Made by a program: the position numbers and the translations under genes
Shown here: one piece after another, positions 29,005-36,494 of the stretch
Layout of the letters: the number at the start of each line of letters is the position of its first letter
How positions within the stretch are numbered: the first letter of the stretch is position 1
Source: an uncultured Acidobacteriota bacterium
GTDB lineage: Bacteria > Acidobacteriota > Terriglobia > Acidiferrales > UBA7541
Assembly (NCBI GenBank): GCA_963732135.1
Contig: CAVSYC010000004.1
Span: 34,484 to 98,483 of the forward strand
Length of the DNA stretch: 64,000 nucleotides
Direction: 5' to 3'
Notes under the pieces: model-generated
Told to the model about the DNA's origin: nothing
What the model saw: only the letters and a program-made list of their open reading frames with translations
Database searches by the model: none

Positions 29005-29033
29005 TGACTTGCGAAGCCCCCAAGCGGTAAACT
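29004..29033 (+). promoter_or_regulatory. Sigma70-type promoter of the FTR1 operon
   Basis: TTGACT (29004-29009), 18-bp spacer, TAAACT (29028-29033). Confidence 0.55.
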
Positions 29034-29062
29034 TACAATTGTAGTTGCAACTCATTTACAAG
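29033..29062. promoter_or_regulatory. Candidate Fur-like operator
   Basis: AT-rich TTACAATTGTAGTTGCAACTCATTTACAAG containing palindromes TACAATTGTA and AGTTGCAACT; TGCAACT-C-ATTTACA matches 9 of 14 positions of the 7-1-7 Fur box TGATAAT-N-ATTATCA; lies at the predicted transcription start. Confidence 0.45.
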
Positions 29063-29114
29063 TAGACACCCGAACCTTAAGTCTCTACTACAACAACTTT
29101 CGACTGGATGTCTC

Positions 29115-30383
29115 GTGCTTTCTGCTTTCCTTATCTCGCTCCGTGAGGGCGTCGAAGCCGCCCTGGTTGTTGGCATCATACTAGTTTATCTTGCCCGCAC
29201 CGGGCGTTCGAATCTTACCCGCTTTGTCTGGGCCGGCGTCGCACTGGCTGGCGCTCTCAGCCTGGCCGTAGCCATTGCCCTCGAACGCTGGCAAATCAGC
29301 GAAGACGGCTTCGAAGGCCTGATGCTGCTGCTGGCCGCGGTCTTCGTCATTTCGATGATCCTTTGGATGAACCGCGTTGCGCGGCATCTGCGAAAAGATA
29401 TCGAGCAAAAAATTGAAAATTACGCGGTGCGCGCGGGTTCCGCCGCCGGATGGGGAATTTTTCTTTTCGTGTTTCTAATGGTGGTGCGCGAAGGCGCCGA
29501 GCTGGCGCTGATCTTGCGCGCCGTGCAGCTTTCCAGCGAAGGCATTCAGACCTGGATAGGCACGATTGCAGGCATCGCGGCCGCGATTGCCGTCGGACTA
29601 TTTTTCTTCAAAGGCACTTTGAAAATCCCGTTGCACCGTTTTTTTGCTGCGACGACGATTATTTTGTGGCTGGTTGCTGCCCAACTCGCGCTTACGGGTT
29701 TGCACGAGCTTAGCGAAGCGCAGTGGCTGCCTTCCGGCAAGCAGGAAATGGCGCTGATTGGGCCCATCGTTCGCAACGAAATTTTCTTCTTCGTATTTAT
29801 TTTTGGCGCGGCGGTGCTGTTGATTCTTCGCGAGTGGCTGACGGCCTCGCACGCCAAGCTCGAGGCTGCTGCCAACGATGCCGAGCGGCGCCTGCTTTCG
29901 GCACAGCAGCGCCGCCAGCGCAACTGGATGCTCGCCGCGGCTTCGGCTTGTCTCGCCGTCATTCTCGTTCTCACCGCCGATTTTATCTACGTCCGCGCCA
30001 ACTCCGCGCCGCCCTCCGCGCGCGCAATCGCGGCTTGCGGTTCTTCGCACGACGAACTCCGCGTGCCACTCAGCGAAGTGCAGGACGGCAACCTGCATCT
30101 TTTTAACGTTAAAACCGGCGATCAGTCTTTCCGCTTCCTGGTCATCAAGAAACCGCAAGGCTGGGGCGTAGCGCTCGATGCCTGCCGCATTTGCGGCGCG
30201 GAAGGCTATCGCCAGGACGGCCAAAATGTGATTTGCCGCCACTGCGGCTCCGCAATTTATGTCCCCACCATTGGCGAAGCCGGCGGCTGCAATCCCATAG
30301 GCGTACCCTTCCGCGTGGACGGCTCCGACATCGTGGTGAATGTCGCCGCCATCACCAAATCCTGGACGGAAGTGCCCAAATGA
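29115..30383 (+). CDS. FTR1-family iron permease fused to a C-terminal DUF2318 (Cys-rich, predicted Fe-S) domain
   Basis: Two REGxE motifs (REGVE, REGAE), TM helices, then LDACRICG...ICRHCG...GGCNP. GTG start. Confidence 0.88.
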   Translation: MLSAFLISLREGVEAALVVGIILVYLARTGRSNLTRFVWAGVALAGALSLAVAIALERWQISEDGFEGLMLLLAAVFVISMILWMNRVARHLRKDIEQKIENYAVRAGSAAGWGIFLFVFLMVVREGAELALILRAVQLSSEGIQTWIGTIAGIAAAIAVGLFFFKGTLKIPLHRFFAATTIILWLVAAQLALTGLHELSEAQWLPSGKQEMALIGPIVRNEIFFFVFIFGAAVLLILREWLTASHAKLEAAANDAERRLLSAQQRRQRNWMLAAASACLAVILVLTADFIYVRANSAPPSARAIAACGSSHDELRVPLSEVQDGNLHLFNVKTGDQSFRFLVIKKPQGWGVALDACRICGAEGYRQDGQNVICRHCGSAIYVPTIGEAGGCNPIGVPFRVDGSDIVVNVAAITKSWTEVPK

Positions 30384-30414
30384 AAGGGATGTCCACATTC
30401 CGTCAGAACAGCCC

Positions 30415-30468
30415 GTCATTCCGAGCGCAGCGACCGAGGGTTCCGACTTTGTCGGAAGGAATCTCTCT
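30415..30468 (+). repeat. REP-like element, family A, with an inserted hairpin
   Basis: GTCATTCCGAGCGCAGCGA-ccgaggg-TTCCGACtttGTCGGAA-GGAATCTCTC; the core matches 59481. Confidence 0.7.
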
Positions 30469-30482
30469 TCGATTCGTCGCTT

Positions 30483-30517
30483 TTCACGAGTCACTAGTCA
30501 CAAGTCACTAGTCACGA
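30483..30517. repeat. Heptamer tandem array (5 units)
   Basis: TTCACGA GTCACTA GTCACAA GTCACTA GTCACGA, ending 2 nt before ATG 30520. Confidence 0.7.
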
Positions 30518-30519
30518 AC

Positions 30520-31833
30520 ATGTTTCTCCGCCTCATCGCCGACAACTTCACACGCCGCCCGCGCCGCAAATTTCTCACCGCCGCGGCTCTGTCGCTAGGC
30601 ATGGCCGTAGCCACCGCCGCCCTCAGCGTCTCCCTCGACGTAGGCGACCGTCTCTCCGAAGAATTCAAATCCCTAGGCGCAAATCTGGTGGTCACTCCCG
30701 AAGCCGATTCGCTTCCCCTGGAAATCGGCGGCGTTGATTTCCGCCCGGCCAATTCCGGCGCCTATCTCCCCGAACCGGACCTCCCCAAAATCAAATCCGT
30801 CTTCTGGCACAACAACATCACCGCCTTCGCGCCCATCCTTGATTTACGGGTTCAAGCCCATCGGTATTCTTTGCCAGTTAGCACACCGATAGGGCCTGAG
30901 ACCAATGCCACACTGATTGGCACTTGGGCGAGCCACGCAGTTCACAATCCAGATGCGTCAAGCTTCATTACAGGAATCAAGAACGCGAATCCGTGGTGGC
31001 ATGTGGATGGCAAGTGGTTCGATGACAACGAGCGGGAATGCTTGATTGGCGCGGACTTTGCCAGAAGCCAAAAGCTGAAGACGAACGACACACTCTACAT
31101 ATACGCCGTAAGCAAGACGGTTCCCGTTATGGTTGAGCTGCGTATCGTTGGAATTCTAGACACTGGAGGCCCGGAGAATAATGCAATCGTCGCGCCGCTG
31201 ATGGTTGCTCAATGGCTCGCCGACAAGCCGGGCCAATACCGCAAACTCTACGTCTCCGCGTTGACTAAGCCTGAAGACGATTTTGCACGGCGCGACCCGC
31301 GAACCATGAAGCCAGACGAACTCGAACGCTGGTCCTGTTCACCGTACGTTTCTTCAATCGCGTATTCGATTAAACAGGTTCTGCCCGGTTCCGACGTCCG
31401 CGTAATCCGTCGCGTAGCCGATGGCGAAGGCAAAATTCTCACTCGCGTCCGTACGCTGCTCTGGCTGGTAACATTCGCATCTCTGCTGGCCGCCGCGCTA
31501 GCTGTAGGCGCATCCTCCGCCGCATCAGTCATCGAACGCCGCACCGAAATAGGCCTGATGAAAGCGCTAGGCGCAGCCTCCGGCACCGTCGGCTGGCTGC
31601 TTGCAGCCGAACAACTCCTCCTGGCATTCGTAGGCGGCTGCGCAGGCTACGCAGTGGGCTTGCTTCTAGCGCGTTTCCTCGGCACAAAAATTTTCGGTGT
31701 CCCGCCCGAACCCTCGCTGCTAGTCCTCGGCGTAATCCTCGTCCTCGCCGCCGCCGTAACCCTCCTCGGCAGCGCACTGCCGCTACGCCGCGCCGCCCAC
31801 TTTGATCCCGCGCCCATCCTCCGAGGCGAATGA
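30520..31833 (+). CDS. MacB/FtsX-type ABC permease (first of two)
   Basis: LGANLVVTP, periplasmic domain, YVSALTKPED, WSCSPY, ERRTEIGLMKALGA, C-terminal DPAPILRGE. Confidence 0.88.
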   Translation: MFLRLIADNFTRRPRRKFLTAAALSLGMAVATAALSVSLDVGDRLSEEFKSLGANLVVTPEADSLPLEIGGVDFRPANSGAYLPEPDLPKIKSVFWHNNITAFAPILDLRVQAHRYSLPVSTPIGPETNATLIGTWASHAVHNPDASSFITGIKNANPWWHVDGKWFDDNERECLIGADFARSQKLKTNDTLYIYAVSKTVPVMVELRIVGILDTGGPENNAIVAPLMVAQWLADKPGQYRKLYVSALTKPEDDFARRDPRTMKPDELERWSCSPYVSSIAYSIKQVLPGSDVRVIRRVADGEGKILTRVRTLLWLVTFASLLAAALAVGASSAASVIERRTEIGLMKALGAASGTVGWLLAAEQLLLAFVGGCAGYAVGLLLARFLGTKIFGVPPEPSLLVLGVILVLAAAVTLLGSALPLRRAAHFDPAPILRGE

Positions 31834-31865
31834 TGCGCATTGCTCATAGACCACGCGAAATGAAA

Positions 31866-31938
31866 ACCTGTCTAAAGGCCGCCCGCTACAACAGCAATCA
31901 AGCCCTCGCTTTTCGTAGCGGCCGACCTTCAGGTCGGT
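31866..31938. repeat. Divergent pair of GTAG-type REP elements (family B)
   Basis: Minus-strand TGTAGCGGGCGGCCTTTAGACAGGT (31866-31890) and plus-strand GTAGCGGCCGACCTTCAGGTCGGT (31915-31938). Confidence 0.7.
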
Positions 31939-31965
31939 GGTTTTTATTCTTCTCGGAGCGTTCCC

Positions 31966-33123
31966 ATGCCTGAGCGCCGCTCCGCTAACCGCACCATGTT
32001 CTGGCGCGTTCTCCGCCGCTCAGTCTTCGCCGACCGCGGCCGCCTTTTCGTCGTTCTTCTCGCACTGGGAGCTGGCGCCGCTATCACCGCCGCTCTCCTG
32101 AATCTTCAAGTCGATGCCAAGCGCCGCATCAACACGGAATTTAGCATTTTCGGGCCAAGCGCCCTCATTGTCCCAGCCGGTACCTCGGCGACCTTCGCAG
32201 AAACGAACTTCGATGAGTTGGTTAAGGGCGGACCGCTTTCGAATTCACGGGCGACTCTCCTCTTGATTAGTGAGGTGGCCACCCAGACCAGCCCGCAACG
32301 ATCGATGCGTGCGGTCGTAGCCGGAACCCGCCCACTCCAACGGATCGACGAGCCAGGCAGGATTATTGCGCCGTCAAGTCAATCTGAACCGTACGATAGC
32401 CGTCAACTCTGCTTCGCCGGCGGGCGTCTTGCTTCCCGGATGCAAATAAAGGTCGGTGACGAAGTCGTCCTCCGGAGTAATGGGCGCGAGGAACCTTGCA
32501 AGATCGCTAGCATCTGGCTTCACGGCGATTCCACAGACGACCAAATTATGCCCAGTCTCGGAATTGCTCAAAGGCTTGCGGGTCTCCCCGGGCGCATCAG
32601 CTTTATCGATCTCAGTCTACGAGGGAGTCCTGAAGAGCAAGGCTCCTACATTTCTAGTCTGCAGCATCGCTTTTCAGGATTGGAGGTACGTCCCCTTCGG
32701 GAATTCAATCAAGCACAAGTAAACATTTATAACCGTATCTCTGGAATTTTGACGGCCACTGTCGCGGTCGTGCTGCTTCTCACCGCCCTCTGTGTAATGG
32801 CCGCCATGACCAACGTCGCCATGGAACGCAAGAACGACGTCGGCTTAATGAAAGCCATCGGCGGCTCAGTTCGCCGCGTCCTGCGTCTTTTCCTCGCCGA
32901 GGCCGCGTTGCTCGGACTAGCAGGCGGATTGATCGGCGCAGCAATCGGCATCGCAGTCTCCATCGGCCTCGGCAAAGCCGTCTTCGGCGTAGCCGCGCAG
33001 CCTCGCCTCATCGTGTATCCTATTTCTGTGGCCCTCACGGTGGTTGTAGCGATTCTCGCGGCTTATCCGCTGCGCCGCCTAGTGCACATCCGTCCCGCAT
33101 CCGTCTTCCGAGGCGAAGAATGA
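31966..33123 (+). CDS. MacB/FtsX-type ABC permease (second of two)
   Basis: TM1 LLALGAGAAITAALLNL, ERKNDVGLMKAIGG, C-terminal [10 protein letters not shown]; overlaps the next ATG. Confidence 0.87.
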   Translation: MPERRSANRTMFWRVLRRSVFADRGRLFVVLLALGAGAAITAALLNLQVDAKRRINTEFSIFGPSALIVPAGTSATFAETNFDELVKGGPLSNSRATLLLISEVATQTSPQRSMRAVVAGTRPLQRIDEPGRIIAPSSQSEPYDSRQLCFAGGRLASRMQIKVGDEVVLRSNGREEPCKIASIWLHGDSTDDQIMPSLGIAQRLAGLPGRISFIDLSLRGSPEEQGSYISSLQHRFSGLEVRPLREFNQAQVNIYNRISGILTATVAVVLLLTALCVMAAMTNVAMERKNDVGLMKAIGGSVRRVLRLFLAEAALLGLAGGLIGAAIGIAVSIGLGKAVFGVAAQPRLIVYPISVALTVVVAILAAYPLRRLVHIRPASVFRGEE

Positions 33124-34370
33124 CCGCGCAAACACAAGTCGTGCCTAAGCTCGCCACGCAAGTCGTCATCGATGCGCTGGTCAAACAATACGGCGCGCTG
33201 CGCGCACTGAATGGCGTCTCCTTCGACATCGCACCCGGCGAATGGGTCGCGCTGATGGGTCCGTCGGGCTCCGGCAAGACCACGCTCATCAATATTCTCG
33301 GCGGCCTCGACACCCTCACCTCCGGCCGCGTCGTAGTGGACGGCGTCGATCTCGCAAAGCTCAACGAAAACGCCCTGGTACGTTACCGCGCAGAAAAAAT
33401 CGGCTTCGTCTTCCAGCAATTTCACCTCGTTCCGTATCTCAATGCAGTAGAAAACGTGATGCTGGCGCAATATTTCCATTCCGTCACTGACGAAAAACAA
33501 GCCGAGGAAGCGCTGAAGCATGTTGGCCTCGGCGAACGCCTTACCCATCTTCCATCGCAGCTCTCCGGCGGCGAACAGCAACGCGTAGCCATCGCCCGCG
33601 CCCTCATCAATCAGCCCAAATTAATTCTCGCCGACGAACCCACCGGCAATCTCGACGAAGCCAACGAACAAATCGTCATCAATCTTTTCCGCGATCTGCA
33701 CAAATCCGGCCACACCATCCTGATGGTCACGCACGATCCGGACATCGCGCGCCAGGCCGACCGCCGCATCGAGCTCGCGCACGGCCACTTGTCTTTTGAC
33801 ACAGCGCAGCACGGCCCCAATCATCCAATGGCTTGCCCGCTCGCCAATACCGCCGATTGCTGCACGCCAGTCACAGCCGACGACGATATCCGCGTGGATC
33901 ACCTGCTCGAACAAATCTGGATTTGCGGCGAAGAAGGCAAGCCCGCGCAGCCGGAACTGTTGCGCGTCGAAGGACCAGCCGGCCAGTTGCCAATTGTCGG
34001 CGCCGAACCGGCAACCCGCCTGCTCGCGCGCATGGCCGATTCGCGCCTAATCGAATTCAACGGAAACAAAAATGGAAACGCCACGAGCGTGCCAATCGAT
34101 TCAGCGAATGGCGCGGAAGTTCACCTGACCGAATCCGGCTCACGCCGCGCTCGCGACGTAGTCCGCCGCCACCGCCTCGCCGAACGCTTGTTCACGGACA
34201 CTTTCGCCATCGAAGATGCCGAAGCGCACGTGCAAGCCTGCCGCTTCGAACACATCATCACGCCCGAACTAGACCAGCGCATCTGCTCTTTCCTCGGCCA
34301 TCCCAAAACCTGTCCGCACGGGAATCCGATTCCACCGGGAGCATGTTGCGAGATAAACCCGAAAGACTGA
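33120..34370 (+). CDS. ABC ATPase fused to a C-terminal DtxR/IdeR-like metal-binding and dimerisation domain
   Basis: [36 protein letters not shown]; then RHRLAERLF...[10 protein letters not shown]...[13 protein letters not shown]. Confidence 0.88.
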   Translation: MTAQTQVVPKLATQVVIDALVKQYGALRALNGVSFDIAPGEWVALMGPSGSGKTTLINILGGLDTLTSGRVVVDGVDLAKLNENALVRYRAEKIGFVFQQFHLVPYLNAVENVMLAQYFHSVTDEKQAEEALKHVGLGERLTHLPSQLSGGEQQRVAIARALINQPKLILADEPTGNLDEANEQIVINLFRDLHKSGHTILMVTHDPDIARQADRRIELAHGHLSFDTAQHGPNHPMACPLANTADCCTPVTADDDIRVDHLLEQIWICGEEGKPAQPELLRVEGPAGQLPIVGAEPATRLLARMADSRLIEFNGNKNGNATSVPIDSANGAEVHLTESGSRRARDVVRRHRLAERLFTDTFAIEDAEAHVQACRFEHIITPELDQRICSFLGHPKTCPHGNPIPPGACCEINPKD

Positions 34371-34389
34371 TTACTGAAAACTTCTTCCC

Positions 34390-34782
34390 ATGCCCATTCC
34401 CATCGACCAGCGCCGCAAGCCCGCCAGCGTGAAAATTCACGTAAGCAGCGGCGCGGGTGTGGACATCGTCTGGGCCGACGGCCACGCCAGCCATTTTGAT
34501 TTTGCCTATCTGCGCGAAAATTGTCCCTGCGCCACCTGCAACGATGAACGCATCAAAAAGGAATCCCTCGGCGAAGCTTCCCCCGCCTTCGCTTCTTCTC
34601 CCGCGTTGCCCATGTTCAAGCCCAAGGCCCGCGCGGAATCCGCAACGCCAATAGGCCAGTACGCGATACAACTTTCTTTTTCCGATGGCCACTCCACTGG
34701 CATTTACTCCTACGACCATCTCCGTTCCATCTGTCCCTGCCAGGAATGCACCGCACAGCGCACGCAATCCATACGCGCCTAA
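34390..34782 (+). CDS. DUF971 (GBBH-like N-terminal) domain protein
   Basis: IVWADGH, YLRENCPCATC, GQYAIQLSFSDGHSTGIYSYDHL. Confidence 0.88.
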   Translation: MPIPIDQRRKPASVKIHVSSGAGVDIVWADGHASHFDFAYLRENCPCATCNDERIKKESLGEASPAFASSPALPMFKPKARAESATPIGQYAIQLSFSDGHSTGIYSYDHLRSICPCQECTAQRTQSIRA

Positions 34783-34798
34783 CTTAAGCCGGCCAAGT

Positions 34799-34830
34799 TG
34801 TCATCCTGAGCGAAGCGCATCAGGAAATCT
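34799..34830 (+). repeat. REP-like element, family A variant
   Basis: TGTCATCCTGAGCGAAGCGCATCAGGAAATCT. Confidence 0.55.
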
Positions 34831-34904
34831 TAACTTGTCACAAGACACGGCTTGTGGAATTCTCTGGCCACTTCAGGTAACAATTTGTTTCGGAGAGGTG
34901 GCCC

Positions 34905-35762
34905 ATGGCTTGCGATCCTCAAGAATTAAGACACGTACCGCTTTTTGCGCTACTTGACGACGAGGAAGCCTGCGTCCTCGCTTCGCAGGTGGAAAAAAGA
35001 ACATTCACGCCGCGCCAGCGCATTTACAAAATCGGTGATACCGATGGAAAGGCGTACGTGATGTTCTCCGGCAAAGTGCGCGTAACCACCGTGGATGAGG
35101 ATCATCAGGAAGTGGTCATCGATGAACCGAGCCACGGCGAATTTTTCGGCTTCGCTTCGATGCTCGAGCAAACTCCGCACCAGACCAACGCCACCGCCGT
35201 TGAAGAAACGATTTGTATCGAGGTGGACCGTACCGACATCGCTGTGCTGCTCGAACGCAAGCCGCTGGCAGGAATGGACATGCTCACCGTGCTCGGCAAA
35301 CAGTTTCACGCCTCGCAGCTACTCGTGCGCCTTCGCGCCACACGCAATGCCAACGAAGTCATCGAGAAAGACGCAACCTTCGGAGAACGCATTGCCGACC
35401 ACGTGGCCGGCTTTGGCGGCTCGTGGACTTTCATTATTACTTTTCTCTCGTCGCTGCTGGCGTATTCCGCTCTCAGTATTTACATGGGCAAAAATTCCTG
35501 GGATCCCTATCCCTTTATTTTACTAAATCTTTTTCTGTCCATGCTTGCCGCCATTCAGGCCCCGGTGATCATGATGAGTCAGAATCGCCAGGACACCAAA
35601 GACCGCCTGCGTGGCGAACTCGATTACGACGTCAACCGCCGCGCCGAATCGGAAATCCAGGGCCTGGCCCGCAAGCTAAACGCTCTCGACGACAAGCTTT
35701 CCGACATCCACGGCCATCTTCACGGCGCCTCTTCCGACCCTTCGGGCGGCCCTGTTCGTTGA
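34905..35762 (+). CDS. cNMP-binding-domain plus DUF1003 membrane protein
   Basis: VPLFALLD...GEFFG cNMP fold; GERIADHVAGFGGSWTF, WDPYPFILLNLFLSMLAAIQAPVIMMSQNRQ (DUF1003). Confidence 0.88.
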   Translation: MACDPQELRHVPLFALLDDEEACVLASQVEKRTFTPRQRIYKIGDTDGKAYVMFSGKVRVTTVDEDHQEVVIDEPSHGEFFGFASMLEQTPHQTNATAVEETICIEVDRTDIAVLLERKPLAGMDMLTVLGKQFHASQLLVRLRATRNANEVIEKDATFGERIADHVAGFGGSWTFIITFLSSLLAYSALSIYMGKNSWDPYPFILLNLFLSMLAAIQAPVIMMSQNRQDTKDRLRGELDYDVNRRAESEIQGLARKLNALDDKLSDIHGHLHGASSDPSGGPVR

Positions 35763-35957
35763 CACCTGTGGCATTGCATTCCGTTTTTCGTAGTGTCGGC
35801 CCTTAGCGCGACCTCTTTCTTTTTCTTTCTTTTTTCTTGTTTTCCAGCCCCTCTAAAGCCCGTATTACAAGTTAGCGTCCTCCGCAAATATTTTTCATCC
35901 GCGCAATTCCGTGCGCGATAGCATTTCCCCAGTCCCGTCCCCCGGAAAGGTTCACCC

Positions 35958-36287
35958 ATGCCCGATGAACGCCGCCGATCTCCACGAATTCCATTTGCCG
36001 CGAGCGCCGAAATCATTGACGAAGCAGAAAATACCCGCAGCGCATCGCAAGTTTGCGATTTAAGCCTGCACGGCTGTTTTGTTCAACTCTCGAATCCGTT
36101 TCCGGAAGGCACTCCGGTCACCATCGAAATTTATAAAGACGAGGACTTCGTTGAAACGCCGGCAACCGTCGCCTATTTCATGCCCAAGCGCGGAATGGGA
36201 CTGACCTTCAACGGAATGGAGCCTCAGTTCGCCGCAGTCCTGAAAAAATGGCTCAGCCAACCGAAAATTACCGCGCGCCACGCTTGA
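35958..36287 (+). CDS. Single-domain PilZ protein
   Basis: ERRRSPR (RxxxR) and DLSLHG (DxSxxG) c-di-GMP motifs; GMGLTF. Confidence 0.88.
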   Translation: MPDERRRSPRIPFAASAEIIDEAENTRSASQVCDLSLHGCFVQLSNPFPEGTPVTIEIYKDEDFVETPATVAYFMPKRGMGLTFNGMEPQFAAVLKKWLSQPKITARHA

Positions 36288-36494
36288 AGGAGTTTTGCGC
36301 GGCTATTCGAGCGGTTCGCGGCTGGAACCCCCACGCCCTCCCTGCCGCAAAGGCACCGCTCCATCTCACGAAGAACACCCCACAATAATCCTCCGCAATG
36401 AAGGAACAATCGCTTCGCGATTTCGACCTTCCCAACTGGACTTAGTACAACAAATTTGCGAGCATTTTAACCTGCGAGTTCCAACAGCCCTTAC

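Noticed and set aside
34861-34907. Stem GGCCACTTC/GAGGTGGCC overlapping the RBS of the cNMP-DUF1003 gene
   Set aside because: A single short stem in GC-rich DNA could arise by chance; there is no aptamer-like feature.
36288-36494. ydaO (c-di-AMP) riboswitch upstream of the KimA-like gene
   Set aside because: I could not find the conserved ydaO sequence elements; there is only a small GCAA-loop hairpin.
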